A DNA stretch of 64,000 bases from an uncultured delta proteobacterium (GTDB lineage Bacteria > Desulfobacterota > Binatia > UBA9968), in assembly GCA_963727625.1 (NCBI GenBank), contig CAVSHR010000004.1, positions 512,001 to 576,000 on the forward strand. Reading direction: 5' to 3'. The translations under genes were made by a program, and so were the position numbers. Of the stretch, positions 31,555 to 42,050 are shown one piece after another. The notes under the pieces were generated by a model, which worked only from the letters and a program-made list of their open reading frames with translations, made no database searches and was not told the DNA's origin. The first letter of the stretch is position 1; every line of letters starts with the position of its first letter.

Positions 31555-32607
31555 TCACAGCTTCGGCATCACCTCGGCAGCGAACTGCTCCATCGACGCC
31601 TTGACCGCGGCATGGGGCACCGTGCCGATGTTGAACCATGTGATCAGCTGGGTCGCCCCCGTTCGTTGAGCCAGCCCTTTTAATTTTTCCACGGCCATGT
31701 TCGAGTCGCCGATGACCGCATGTTTTTCGCAAACCGTCTCGAAAGCGACCTGGGTTCCAGCGGCGGTGCGTAAACGCGCCGGCAGTTCGACCCCGCGCCG
31801 GTTGAGCCAGTCGGTATAATCCAAGCGCAGATCGCGGATCGTGTCAAAGTAACTCATCACGCCGCTTTCCGAGCGCACCTTTGCCTCAGCGGTGGTCGCC
31901 GCCAGATGCATCGGAATCAGCAGGCCGAGCTCGCGCGCCTGCGGGTCGTGGCCATGCTGTTTCAGCCCGGCCCAATAGGCATCGGCGTATTCGAAGAGCT
32001 GCTCCGGCGTGCGTGTGTGGATCGGCAGGAACATATTGATGCCCAGGCGCGCGCCGACTTCGACGCCGTCGAGGGAGCTGGTGGCCATATAGAAAGGCGG
32101 CGGCGGCTTCTGCACCGGCTTGGGATTGACAATCACTTCGGGAATTTGAAAAAACTTTCCGCGATAGTTGAGGGTCGGTTCCGACCAGGCTTTGCGAATC
32201 ACGTCGAGAGACTCGGCCATCACTTCGTGCGTCGATTTATGATCTGCGCCGAAACATTCGTAGGCGCGGCTGTGCGGGTGGCCGCCGCCGGCCGCGAACT
32301 CCATGCGCCCGTTGCTCACTAGATCGAGCATGGCGGCTTCTTCGGCCAGCTGCACCGGATGGTGCACTGGCAGCGTGTTGACCGCAACGCCGAGGCGGAG
32401 ATGCTTGGTCCGCTGGGCTGCCGCGCCGAGCACGACGTAGGGCGCGGAGAGCAGCGAAAACTTCGGCTGGCAGTGAATCTCGGCGACCCAGTAGCTGTGA
32501 AAACCCAAACGATCGGCAAGCTCGGCCTGCTCCATGAATTCTTCGAGCCGCGCGGCCGGCGACGAGCCGGGGGGGCACTGAATCTCGGTGAAAAGACTGA
32601 CTTTCAC
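31555..32607 (-). CDS. Luciferase-like (LLM) flavin-dependent oxidoreductase
   Basis: ADRLGF..WVAEIH, HPVQLAEEAAMLDLVSNGR, PKPVQKP, FAAEVMPKL. Confidence 0.93.
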   Translation of the reverse strand: MKVSLFTEIQCPPGSSPAARLEEFMEQAELADRLGFHSYWVAEIHCQPKFSLLSAPYVVLGAAAQRTKHLRLGVAVNTLPVHHPVQLAEEAAMLDLVSNGRMEFAAGGGHPHSRAYECFGADHKSTHEVMAESLDVIRKAWSEPTLNYRGKFFQIPEVIVNPKPVQKPPPPFYMATSSLDGVEVGARLGINMFLPIHTRTPEQLFEYADAYWAGLKQHGHDPQARELGLLIPMHLAATTAEAKVRSESGVMSYFDTIRDLRLDYTDWLNRRGVELPARLRTAAGTQVAFETVCEKHAVIGDSNMAVEKLKGLAQRTGATQLITWFNIGTVPHAAVKASMEQFAAEVMPKL

Positions 32608-32639
32608 GGCATGGTTTCCTCTCGATCACGCGGAGAAAG

Positions 32640-33482
32640 TCACTGCGGCCGGCGCTTTTTCTCGTTGGCTTTGACTACGCGCTCGGCCGCCGCAGCCAGT
32701 TGTTGAGTGATCGGTGTGTCGAGCTTGTACAGCCTCGCCAGCTCGGCGACCAGTGGCATATCTTTGTTGAGAACGTTCCGGCCCGATCGTGGCAGCGGAT
32801 CGGTCCCGGCGGGATCGAAAGTCCGCTGCCAGCGGTTGAGCACGCTATCATGGCCGATCCGGCGCATCATTTCCAAAGCCTTTGGATAGGGAATGCCACC
32901 GGCCAGGCCGATTTGAATCGCTTCGTGGACGATCAAGGTCTCGGCGCCGCCGAGCATGTTCTTGATCAATTTTCCCACCGCGCCGGTGCCCAGCGGCCCC
33001 ATGTGAATAACCTCTTTGGCCATCTTGAGCAGATGCGGCTTGGCCCGTTCCACGGCTTCATCAGAGCCGCCAACGACGAAACTGAGCTCGCCGGCGCGTA
33101 CCGTGTCGGGCACGCCGGTCATGCAGGCATCGATTGCGTCGACGCCTTTGGGGCGCACCGCTTCGGCCACGCGGATCATGGTCTGGGGCAGGATCGAACT
33201 GTGGAGCAATAAGAGCGATCCCGCCTGCGCGCCTTCGAGCGCCCCCTGCGTCCCGAGCACGCAATCGAGCATGTCTTGATCCGTGCGCACGACGATATCG
33301 ATCATCGTTGACGAGCGCGCCACTTCCGCCGCGCTCGCTACCGCACGCATGCCGAGCGCCCGCGCTTGTTCGAGGGCCGGAGCGAAGGCGTCGAAGCAAA
33401 CCGCGTCGACCCCGGCCAGTTTGAGCCGCTGCAGCAATGCGAGGCCCATGGCGCCGGTGCCGATCATGCCGAATTTTTCCAC
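32640..33482 (-). CDS. NAD(P)-dependent beta-hydroxyacid dehydrogenase family (HIBADH/6PGD-like)
   Basis: GMIGTGAMG, DACMTG, VGG, HMGPLGTGAVGKL (catalytic Lys). Confidence 0.88.
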   Translation of the reverse strand: MEKFGMIGTGAMGLALLQRLKLAGVDAVCFDAFAPALEQARALGMRAVASAAEVARSSTMIDIVVRTDQDMLDCVLGTQGALEGAQAGSLLLLHSSILPQTMIRVAEAVRPKGVDAIDACMTGVPDTVRAGELSFVVGGSDEAVERAKPHLLKMAKEVIHMGPLGTGAVGKLIKNMLGGAETLIVHEAIQIGLAGGIPYPKALEMMRRIGHDSVLNRWQRTFDPAGTDPLPRSGRNVLNKDMPLVAELARLYKLDTPITQQLAAAAERVVKANEKKRRPQ

Positions 33483-33543
33483 GTAGACTCCTGTACGGAT
33501 TGAAACGGGCGGAAATTTTTTGGATATCGTAGTTGATCAAGAA

Positions 33544-35145
33544 TCAATAGCCGAGCGCATACCCGATCCGGCGCGGGTCGGCTCCGCCGAGCCAGCAGCC
33601 GTTTTCCTGATCGCGCAGGATCACCTTAGCGCTGCCGAAGGACCAGCGGTCGACCACCGTAACCTTGTGCCCTTTCTTTTTCAGCGCTTCGATCGTCGCG
33701 CCGTCGAAGCCTGCTTCCATGCGCAGCGTCTCGGGCAGTTGATCGCGTGGCGGCGTGCCGGGCTGATGGCTCCAGCGCGGCGCCTCCACCGCGCTCTGCG
33801 GGTCCATCTGCAAATCGACGATGTCGTGGATGATCTGAAAATTGGTTTGCGGCTGATCGTCGGCGCCCGGGCTGCCGCCCACGGCGAGCACCTCGCCACC
33901 GCGAAAAACCATGTAGGTATTCAGCGTATGCGCCGGCCGCTTGCCGGGCTTGAGCGCATTGGCTTTGTTCGGATCGAGACCGAAGCTGCACAGCCGATTG
34001 TTCATGATCACGCCGGTATCGCCGGCGATCACCCGCGAGCCGAATGGCGCGAAGACGCTTTGGATGAACGAGATCGCGTTGCCGTCGCGATCAGCGGCGC
34101 AAAGATAGGTGGTGTCGCGGCTCTGGTTCGGAACCGCCTGCGCCGGGCGGTTCATGATTTCTCTGACCAGCTCGCGCCGGTTGTTCGCGTGATCTTTGGA
34201 TATCAACATGGCGATTTTCGGATCGCCAAAGGCCGGATCTTCCAGGTAGCGAATACGGTCCTCGAAGGCGAGTTTTTTCGCCGCCACCTGCAAATGAATC
34301 ATGTCGGCGCGGCTCATGCTGCCATCGTGCAACCGCCAAGCCTCGGCGATGTTGAGCATTTCGAGCACCATGAAGCCCTGCGAGACCGGCGGTTGTTCAT
34401 AGACCACCGTATCGCGATAGTTCGTTTGCAGGGGTTCCAGCCACTGGCAGACGAGGGGCCGCAAATCGTCTTGGGAGAGAAAGCCGCCCTCCGACTTGAT
34501 CGTTGAGCAAATTTTCTCGGCGACCTCGCCGGAATAGAAGCCATCGCGCCCTTGGCGGGCGATTTTTGCCAGCACGTCGCCCAGACCCTTTTGGACAACG
34601 ACCTTTCCAGGTCTCGGCGTACCAAGCGGCTGGCGATAAATTCGATCGACCCATGGGAATTTCGAGCTGACTTCGGCGATCCCCTCCGCAAACTCCTGGG
34701 AGATCGGAAATCCCTCTCGCGAGACGCGCACGGCGTCGGCCGTCAAACGATCCAACTCCTTGGTGCCGTACCTCTTGTGCAGCTCCAACCAACCATCCAC
34801 CGCGCCCGGCACGGCGATGCTGAGTGGACCAAACTGCGGAATTCCCTTTAATCCATGATCGTGAAAATATTCGATCGTCGCTTGGGCCGGCGCCGGACCG
34901 CTGGAGTTGAGCGCTTCAACCTTACCGGTCTTTTTCATCGACACCAGTGCGAAGAGATCCCCGCCCGGTCCACTGGTCTCGGGCTTGACCACCGCCGAGA
35001 CAAATGCGGCGGCGAGAGCCGCGTCGACCGCGTTCCCACCCTCCTGGAGGATCTTCACGCCAGCCAACGACGCCAGCGCATGGCCGGAAGAAACCATTCC
35101 ATGTTGGCTCATGATGACCGGCCGAGCTGCTTTAGTGAATTTCAT
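33544..35145 (-). CDS. ggt: Gamma-glutamyltransferase family (Ntn hydrolase)
   Basis: GGNAVDAA, VPGAVDGW, DTTYLCAAD (Thr nucleophile), PGKRPAHTL. Confidence 0.92.
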   Translation of the reverse strand: MKFTKAARPVIMSQHGMVSSGHALASLAGVKILQEGGNAVDAALAAAFVSAVVKPETSGPGGDLFALVSMKKTGKVEALNSSGPAPAQATIEYFHDHGLKGIPQFGPLSIAVPGAVDGWLELHKRYGTKELDRLTADAVRVSREGFPISQEFAEGIAEVSSKFPWVDRIYRQPLGTPRPGKVVVQKGLGDVLAKIARQGRDGFYSGEVAEKICSTIKSEGGFLSQDDLRPLVCQWLEPLQTNYRDTVVYEQPPVSQGFMVLEMLNIAEAWRLHDGSMSRADMIHLQVAAKKLAFEDRIRYLEDPAFGDPKIAMLISKDHANNRRELVREIMNRPAQAVPNQSRDTTYLCAADRDGNAISFIQSVFAPFGSRVIAGDTGVIMNNRLCSFGLDPNKANALKPGKRPAHTLNTYMVFRGGEVLAVGGSPGADDQPQTNFQIIHDIVDLQMDPQSAVEAPRWSHQPGTPPRDQLPETLRMEAGFDGATIEALKKKGHKVTVVDRWSFGSAKVILRDQENGCWLGGADPRRIGYALGY

Positions 35146-36167
35146 GCTGCTCCAGTTCCGAGGATGCGCGCGGCGTTGCCGCCGAGTATTTTTGCCTTGT
35201 CGCTAAAACTCAGTTCAAGGCCATCGATAGCTTTCAAGCTATTTTTGACCAATAGGCAGCCTTCCTCCGGGCCATAGGGGTAATTGGTCCCCAAAACCAT
35301 CCGAGCCGGACCGAAGAAATCTTTCACGCAGCGCAGGGTCGACGTCGGATGATCGGCGGTGTCGACATAGAAACGCCGGAAGGAATCGAGGGGATTTTCC
35401 TTGAGGCCGTACTTGTGGCGGATCTCGTCGGTTCGTCCGGAATAAATATTGATCGCCCGTTGGGCAAAGAAAGCCAACACGCCGCCGACGTCGGCAACCA
35501 CCCAGTTGATCTCCGGGAAGCGCTCGAGCACGCGGCCGTAAACCAGCCTAGTCATCGCCACCGTACTGTCGAAGGCCCAGCCGAAAATCAAAGTCGGCAT
35601 GATATCGATTCCCACCGCCTCCGTGGCCAGCGGCGCGGTCGGGTGGATGTAAACCGGCAGCTGGTATTTCGCCAGCCGCTCGTAAATCGGAAACAGCGCC
35701 TCGCGATCGAGCGCCTGGCCGTTCAGATTGGCGAAGCAACCGAAGCCGCGCAAGCCGAGCTCGTTGACCGAGCGTTCGAGCTCTCGTAGCGAAGCTTGGA
35801 CATCGCAACTCGGCAGGGTAAAAAAACCGATGAAGCGCTTGGCATGCTTGCGCGCGATCGCCGCGATGGCGTCATTGGCGACGCGCGCAATCTGGATCGC
35901 GTCATCACCCTCGAAACGGTCGGCTCCCGGAGCGGGAACAGTCAGCACGTGTATGTCGATCCCCAACTGATCCATATGCAGCAACCGGCGCTCGATGTTC
36001 TGGCCCTGAAACGTCGCCGTGTTGATGCGGCATTTGAGCTTCTTGTCGTAAAAATAGCTCATGCCGCTCTGCGGGTCGGGCTCTTCGAGAATGACCGCAC
36101 CGTCGAGGCGGTTCATCGCGGCGATGTAGGGTTCGGGAAATAGGTGGGCTTGAAAATCAATGATCAT
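35142..36167 (-). CDS. Amidohydrolase_2 family protein (decarboxylase/hydratase-like)
   Basis: IIDFQAH, YIHP, FYVDT, GTNYP; metal ligands partly substituted. Confidence 0.88.
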   Translation of the reverse strand: MIIDFQAHLFPEPYIAAMNRLDGAVILEEPDPQSGMSYFYDKKLKCRINTATFQGQNIERRLLHMDQLGIDIHVLTVPAPGADRFEGDDAIQIARVANDAIAAIARKHAKRFIGFFTLPSCDVQASLRELERSVNELGLRGFGCFANLNGQALDREALFPIYERLAKYQLPVYIHPTAPLATEAVGIDIMPTLIFGWAFDSTVAMTRLVYGRVLERFPEINWVVADVGGVLAFFAQRAINIYSGRTDEIRHKYGLKENPLDSFRRFYVDTADHPTSTLRCVKDFFGPARMVLGTNYPYGPEEGCLLVKNSLKAIDGLELSFSDKAKILGGNAARILGTGAA

Positions 36168-36180
36168 CGCGAATCGCTAC

Positions 36181-37209
36181 CTATAGGCCATATAAAGCCC
36201 GTGCGTTGTCATCGAGGATCTTGTTGACCACCGGCGTCGGCACGGCGCCGTCTTCTTTCAATTTGCGCAGCGCGAGAATCTCCGACGAAGTATCGTTGTG
36301 GCCGTAGTCCGTGCCAATGATCAGCATATCATCACCGGAGTATTTCAAGACGTAGGGCAGATCGTCATCGGTCTGGCAGGTCACCCAAATTTTGTTCTTG
36401 CGTAGGACCTGTGTCTTGTCGACCGGCACCCCGCTCCTCTCCCGGCGCCGCGCGAAATCGTGGATTGCGTAGGGAACCCACTGGGCGCTCACTTCGATGA
36501 ACGACCACTTGGTTTTGGGAAATTTCTGCGGGATGTCGTTGAAAATCAGCGAATGGAAGGACCCCACCACCGCCAGTTTAAATTTATTAAAACCGCATTC
36601 ATTGAGAAAATAATCATGCACGGCGAAGCTCCCGGTGGCGGAGTGCACGCAGATCGGTATGTCGAGCCTGCCGGCTTCCTCGTAGATGGGAAAAAAATGC
36701 GGGTCGCTTATATGCTTGTCGCCTTCCAGGCCGCGCATGAAAATGCCGCAGGCGCCGTTCTCCTTGGCATAGCGCGCTTCTTCGATCGCCTTATCCATCG
36801 ACAACAGCGGCAACACCGCCACCCAGCGCAAGCGCTCGGGTGCCGTTTTCCAGATATCGATCAACCAGCGGTTGTAACTGCGCGTCACCGCCAGCTCGAC
36901 CTCCGGCCGGCGCGTGAAGGGGCGCAGAAATATCGTCGGGTAAAGCACCTGCACGTCGACGTCGAGCTCGTCCATATGCGCTAGACGGGCCTTGACGTCT
37001 TCCATCTCGCGCGACTCCTTCGAGGTGTCGTGGCCGACATTGCGCGCCTTGCCGATGTACGTGCCATCGACCAGCCAGGATTCACCGCCCGACGCGGCGT
37101 CATGGGGCGTCGGCACAATGCGAGGTTTCATATCCCGCTCGGACTCGATCATATAGTCCCAGGTGTGGTTGGTCTCTAAAACATGCGCGTCCGAATCGAT
37201 CACTGCCAT
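36181..37209 (-). CDS. Amidohydrolase_2 family protein
   Basis: VIDSDAHV, QVLYPT, ICVH, GTDYGH; start ATG 37209 after a GGAGG SD. Confidence 0.9.
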   Translation of the reverse strand: MAVIDSDAHVLETNHTWDYMIESERDMKPRIVPTPHDAASGGESWLVDGTYIGKARNVGHDTSKESREMEDVKARLAHMDELDVDVQVLYPTIFLRPFTRRPEVELAVTRSYNRWLIDIWKTAPERLRWVAVLPLLSMDKAIEEARYAKENGACGIFMRGLEGDKHISDPHFFPIYEEAGRLDIPICVHSATGSFAVHDYFLNECGFNKFKLAVVGSFHSLIFNDIPQKFPKTKWSFIEVSAQWVPYAIHDFARRRERSGVPVDKTQVLRKNKIWVTCQTDDDLPYVLKYSGDDMLIIGTDYGHNDTSSEILALRKLKEDGAVPTPVVNKILDDNARALYGL

Positions 37210-37211
37210 CG

Positions 37212-37430
37212 CTACAATCCTCCTAACCTGGTTCGTTTGCTGGCCGGTGTCGGATCGACCCCGACCTTTTCGGTCTTCGAACCGACCGAACTGTTGCACC
37301 CCTGACAGGTGTAGTCGTAAAGCTCGCCGTCGGGCAGCACCAACAATAATCTCTCGCGCACCGGCATCGCTCGGCCGCACTTGTTACAATATAATAACGA
37401 CGCGTTGAACCGATCAAAGGAGTGTTCCAT
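37212..37430 (-). CDS. Small zinc-ribbon protein
   Basis: 72 aa with CNKC and CQGC; packed tightly between the EF-G2 and amidohydrolase genes. Confidence 0.75.
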   Translation of the reverse strand: MEHSFDRFNASLLYCNKCGRAMPVRERLLLVLPDGELYDYTCQGCNSSVGSKTEKVGVDPTPASKRTRLGGL

Positions 37431-37439
37431 AGAACCGCC

Positions 37440-39545
37440 TCAAGCCTTGCTTTCGCCGTTATGCTCCGCCGCCTTGACCGCCTTGGCTTCCTTGATCACT
37501 TTTTCCGCCAAGTGCGGCGGCACCTCTTCGTAATGTGCAAACTCCATGTGAAACTCGCCGCGCCCGCTGGTGATGGAACGCAAATCCGGCGCATATTTTA
37601 ACACCTCGGACATGGGCACCCGGGATTTGATCACCTGGGTGTGACCTTTGGTTTCCATTCCCAATACTTTGCCACGCCGGCTGTTAAGATCGCCGATCAC
37701 ATCGCCCATGCATTCGTCGGGCACCGAGATTTCCATGTTCATGAGCGGCTCGAGGAGCACCGGTCTGGCTTTTTCCACGGCGTTCTTAAATCCCATCGAC
37801 GCGGCGATTTTGAATGCCATATCCGAGGAATCCACGTCATGGTACGAGCCGTCGTACAAGATTACACGCACGTCGACCATCGGATAACCGGCCAGGTAGC
37901 CGCCCACCATCGCTTCTCTCACGCCCTTTTCCACGGCGGGAATATAATTCCGCGGAATCGCACCGCCGACGATTTGATCGACGAATTCGAAACCTTTGCC
38001 CGGCGGGAGCGGCTCGACCTTTAGCCAGGTATCGCCGAACTGGCCGCGCCCGCCGGTCTGTTTTTTTAACCGTCCTTGCGCGCTGGCGCTGGCGCGAATG
38101 GTTTCCTTGTACGGCACCTTGGGCGCTTTGAGGACAACCTCGGCGCCGTATTTACGTTTCAATTTTTCAACGATGATCTCGATATGCTGCTGCCCCATAC
38201 CAGAAAGGATAAAATCGCGGGTTTCATCGTCGCGATGCATTTCGATGGTCTGGTCTTCTTCCATCATGCGATGTAGTCCCTGCGGCAGCTTATCCTCATC
38301 GGCTTTGCTTTTGGGCTCCAAAGCAAACGAGATGTTCGGCGAAAAATGCACCGCCCCGTCGTAACAAATCGGGAATTTTTCATCGCACAGCGTATCGCCC
38401 GTGGCGACGTCCTTGAATTTCGCCGCCGCGACGATTTCGCCCGCGAACGCCTCTTTGACGGCGTCTTGCTTCTTGCCTTCCAAGCGAAACAAGTGACCCA
38501 TTTTTTCTTTCGCCTGGCGGTTAGCCACGAAGCAAGTCATATCCGGAGCGACCCTTCCCGACATGACGCGCATGATGGAAAGCTTGCCAGCGAACGGATC
38601 GATCAGGGTCTTAAATACGTACGCCGAAAACGGCGCGTTCGGATCGGTTACACGTTTAATGACTTCGCCGTTGTCGGGGTTACTGCCTTCGATCTCGCCG
38701 TCATCGAGTGCTGCCGGCAGATAATCGGCGACGGCGTCGAGCAACTGCGAAACCCCGATTTGGCGCAGCGGCGCGCCGAATAGGATCGGAAAAACTTTTC
38801 GCTGCCGCACAGCTTCCCGAATCGCTTTCTTCAATTCTTCGACGCTCAGCTCCTGCCCGTCGAGAAATTTTTCCAGCAGCTCGTCGTCGGTTTCGGCAAC
38901 GTCTTCGACCATCTTTTGGCGCCACTCATCGGCCATGCTCTTCGAATCCGCCGGAATCTCCGCTTCGACGAACTTTCCCGTATCTCCTTCAAACAAGTAG
39001 GCCTTCATCGTGAGCAGGTCGACCACGCCTTCAAAATGAGCTTCCGCGCCGATCGGCATCTGCAAATAAACCGCTTTTGCTTCCAAAGCCTCCAGCAGAG
39101 GCGCAATTCGTTCGGCGACGGCGCCTTGCTCATGATCCATTTTGCTGACAAAGACGAGGCGGCTCACGCAGTCTTCGTTGGCTCTCGCCCACAATCGTTC
39201 GGATTCGACCCGGAGACCGACCACGGGATTGAGCAAGAACACCGCGCCGCTGCACGCACGCATGGAGTTAATCGTATCTGCCAGAAAAGCCGCATAGCCA
39301 GGCATATCAATCAGGCTCATTGGGCACTTTTTCCAGGATAAGGAGTGAAAAGCGGTTGAAATCGACACGTGATGCTTGATTTCCTCCGGCTCGTAATCGA
39401 GCACCGAGGTGCCGTCTAAAACCCGCCCCAGCCGCTGAGTCGCTCCCGCCGCAAACAGCATCGCTTCCCCTAACGAAGTCTTGCCCGAACCTCCCTGACC
39501 TAGAATTCCAACGTTACGAAGTTTCTCTAGCTCCGCTACAGCCAT
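37440..39545 (-). CDS. fusA2: Elongation factor G-like protein (EF-G2)
   Basis: Five-domain EF-G with GQGGSGKT, DMPGY, SKMD, KKQTGGRGQFG and DGSYHDVDSS; start ATG 39545 after GGAGG. Confidence 0.93.
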   Translation of the reverse strand: MAVAELEKLRNVGILGQGGSGKTSLGEAMLFAAGATQRLGRVLDGTSVLDYEPEEIKHHVSISTAFHSLSWKKCPMSLIDMPGYAAFLADTINSMRACSGAVFLLNPVVGLRVESERLWARANEDCVSRLVFVSKMDHEQGAVAERIAPLLEALEAKAVYLQMPIGAEAHFEGVVDLLTMKAYLFEGDTGKFVEAEIPADSKSMADEWRQKMVEDVAETDDELLEKFLDGQELSVEELKKAIREAVRQRKVFPILFGAPLRQIGVSQLLDAVADYLPAALDDGEIEGSNPDNGEVIKRVTDPNAPFSAYVFKTLIDPFAGKLSIMRVMSGRVAPDMTCFVANRQAKEKMGHLFRLEGKKQDAVKEAFAGEIVAAAKFKDVATGDTLCDEKFPICYDGAVHFSPNISFALEPKSKADEDKLPQGLHRMMEEDQTIEMHRDDETRDFILSGMGQQHIEIIVEKLKRKYGAEVVLKAPKVPYKETIRASASAQGRLKKQTGGRGQFGDTWLKVEPLPPGKGFEFVDQIVGGAIPRNYIPAVEKGVREAMVGGYLAGYPMVDVRVILYDGSYHDVDSSDMAFKIAASMGFKNAVEKARPVLLEPLMNMEISVPDECMGDVIGDLNSRRGKVLGMETKGHTQVIKSRVPMSEVLKYAPDLRSITSGRGEFHMEFAHYEEVPPHLAEKVIKEAKAVKAAEHNGESKA

Positions 39546-39574
39546 GTCGATGGCCTCCTCCTTGTTTGGTTTTT

Positions 39575-40369
39575 CTAAGTGTGAGCTCTCGCTTTCACTT
39601 CCTGGAGCGAATTTCTTTCGTGGATAACGCGTAAACCATCCAAGGTTAGAAATTCGTCTACTTCCCCGATGCTCGAACACTCCGAAGCCACTAACGGCGC
39701 CAGCCCGCCGGTGGCCACGACTTTGGCCTGGCAGCCATGCTCGCTTTGAATCCGATGCACGATCCCGTCGACCAAGCCGACGTAGCCGTAAAAGATACCG
39801 GCCTGGATCGAATGGATGGTATTACGCCCGATGACTTCTTTGGGTTTGACGATTTCGATACGCGGCAATTTCGAGGCGCGCTGGAACAGCGCCTCGAGAG
39901 AAATTGACAAGCCGGGGGCGATGGCCCCGCCGATATATTCACCTTTTTTGGAAATCAGGTCGATGGTTGTCGCGGTGCCGAAATCGACGATGATGCAGGC
40001 GTCGTGATATTTCTCGTAGGCAGCGATGCCATTGACGATTCGATCCGCGCCCACGTCCTTGGGATTTTCGTAAAGAATCGGCATACCGGTCTTGATCCCT
40101 GGACCAACGATCAAAGGATCGATACGGAAGAATTTTTCCGCCAGCTCTTGAGTCGTGGTCAGCATCGGCGGCACCACGCAGGACACCGCGATGGAGGAAA
40201 TCTGCTGGCCGCGGAACCCGGCGTAGTCGATCAGCTGCGAGATGATCACGCCGTATTCGTCGGAAGTGCGCTCCGCTTGGGTTGCCAAGCGCCAATGCGT
40301 GATTAATTTTTTCCCCTGGTATAAACCGAGAACGATGTTGGTGTTACCGATATCGATGGCAAGTAACAT
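39575..40369 (-). CDS. coaX: Type III pantothenate kinase
   Basis: [27 protein letters not shown]. Confidence 0.96.
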   Translation of the reverse strand: MLLAIDIGNTNIVLGLYQGKKLITHWRLATQAERTSDEYGVIISQLIDYAGFRGQQISSIAVSCVVPPMLTTTQELAEKFFRIDPLIVGPGIKTGMPILYENPKDVGADRIVNGIAAYEKYHDACIIVDFGTATTIDLISKKGEYIGGAIAPGLSISLEALFQRASKLPRIEIVKPKEVIGRNTIHSIQAGIFYGYVGLVDGIVHRIQSEHGCQAKVVATGGLAPLVASECSSIGEVDEFLTLDGLRVIHERNSLQEVKARAHT

Positions 40370-40380
40370 GAGTATCCGTA

Positions 40381-41205
40381 TCAAATCTCCGACGGAATGA
40401 CGTCTCCGGCAACGATGCTGCGGCGTTCTCCGTCGTCCCCCTCGAGAATCAGCGCGCCGCTGGGCTCGATGCCTTGGACCCGGCCGGTCAGCACCTGATC
40501 GCCAAGCTCGACCCTCACGCGCCGCCCACGCCAAACCAAGCGCGCTTCCCAACGCGGCCGCAGGACTTCAAAGCCGGACTCCTCAAGCTCTCCATAACAC
40601 CGGTCGAGGTCTTGAATCAATCGTCTCAGCAGGTTTTCGCGCGCCACCGGTTGCCCGGTCAACTGCGTTAGCGAAGTCGCCCGCTCACGCAATTGAGCCG
40701 GCATCGAATCGAAGCCGTAATTCAGATTGACACCAATACCCAAAACAACGAATTCGACGCGCTCCGAATCACAGGCCGCCTCGGCGAGAATGCCGGCCAG
40801 TTTTCTTCCGTCGACCAAGATATCGTTGGGCCATTTGATCGCGGGCGGACGTCCCAAAAATGCCCCCACGGTTTCGGCCAGGGCCACCGCAGCCATTAGA
40901 GTAATTTGTGGCGCGTGTGCCGGCGCCAAGTTGGGTCGGAGAATTATCGATAGGTAGAGATTCACAAACGGCGGAGATTCCCATACCCGGCCCAAACGGC
41001 CGCGGCCTCGGGACTGCGCTTCGGCGACCACCACTTCGCCTTCGGCAGCGCCGTTTTCGGCGAGCCGGCGCGCCTCCGTGTTGGTCGAATCGATCTCGGC
41101 GAAGTAATGAAACTTGACGCCGAGCCGTTTAGCCGTTAAACCCCGGCGCGCGTCATCAAGGTCTAGAGGCGCCAAGATTGTGGCGCGAATATCATTTGCC
41201 GACAT
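40381..41205 (-). CDS. birA: Biotin-protein ligase without an N-terminal HTH
   Basis: [32 protein letters not shown]. Confidence 0.95.
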   Translation of the reverse strand: MSANDIRATILAPLDLDDARRGLTAKRLGVKFHYFAEIDSTNTEARRLAENGAAEGEVVVAEAQSRGRGRLGRVWESPPFVNLYLSIILRPNLAPAHAPQITLMAAVALAETVGAFLGRPPAIKWPNDILVDGRKLAGILAEAACDSERVEFVVLGIGVNLNYGFDSMPAQLRERATSLTQLTGQPVARENLLRRLIQDLDRCYGELEESGFEVLRPRWEARLVWRGRRVRVELGDQVLTGRVQGIEPSGALILEGDDGERRSIVAGDVIPSEI

Positions 41206-42046
41206 TCATAGTAATTTTCATGTTAAAGTCGACGACCGGGGCCGAATGGGTCAGCGCGCCCGAGGAAATAAAATCGACGCCGGTTTCGGCGACTCGCCGA
41301 ATAGTTTCCAGCGTGATACCACCCGAAGCCTCGACCCACGCCCGCTTGTCGACCCGCTTGACCGCCTCGGCCATTTGGGCCAGTGTCATGTTATCGAGCA
41401 TGACGACGTCGGCGCCGGCATCAATAGCCTCTTGAACTTGCTGAAGATTGCTTGCTTCGACTTCGACCTTCGCCATGAACGGCGCATGGCGGCGCACCGC
41501 CTTGACGGCTTCCGCGATCGATCCGGTCGCTTCGATGTGGTTATCCTTGACCAACGCGGCGTCATACAAACCGATTCGATGGTTCATGCCCCCACCCATG
41601 CGCACGGCGTATTTTTCCAGGGTGCGCAGCCCCGGGGTGGTCTTTCTGGTGTCGAGCACTTTACAGGGAAAGTCTTTCACCGCATCGACATACTTGCGCG
41701 TCAGGGTCGCGTTACCGGACAGACGCTGGAGAAAATTGAGCGCCGTTCTTTCTGCGAGCAAGAGAGCGCGCACCGGCCCCACGGCCTCCGCCACCACCGT
41801 TCCTTGCGCGACTAGCGTCCCGTCCTTGGTCAACAAACGAACTTCCACTTTAGGATCAATAAAATAGAAAATCCTCTCAAGCAGCACCAAACCGGCCACC
41901 ACGCCCTCTTTTTTAGCCCGAAAGAATCCGGTGCCGCGCGCTTCGGCCGAAATCGTTGCCATCGTCGCCAAATCGCCCGCGCCGATATCCTCGTCGAGCG
42001 CGTCGCGAATCAATCGCTCGATCTGCGGGCTAACCAGAATGTCCAT
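41192..42046 (-). CDS. nadC: Quinolinate phosphoribosyltransferase
   Basis: ERTALN, DTRKTTPG, HRIGLYD, MLDN, EASGG. Confidence 0.97.
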   Translation of the reverse strand: MDILVSPQIERLIRDALDEDIGAGDLATMATISAEARGTGFFRAKKEGVVAGLVLLERIFYFIDPKVEVRLLTKDGTLVAQGTVVAEAVGPVRALLLAERTALNFLQRLSGNATLTRKYVDAVKDFPCKVLDTRKTTPGLRTLEKYAVRMGGGMNHRIGLYDAALVKDNHIEATGSIAEAVKAVRRHAPFMAKVEVEASNLQQVQEAIDAGADVVMLDNMTLAQMAEAVKRVDKRAWVEASGGITLETIRRVAETGVDFISSGALTHSAPVVDFNMKITMNVGK

Positions 42047-42050
42047 GTGC

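Noticed and set aside
33520-34506. Long antisense ORFs (also 8411..9241, 19101..19895, 6575..7297, 43971..44693 and many others)
   Set aside because: They lie opposite well-supported genes, have no motifs, and are expected shadows in GC-rich coding DNA.
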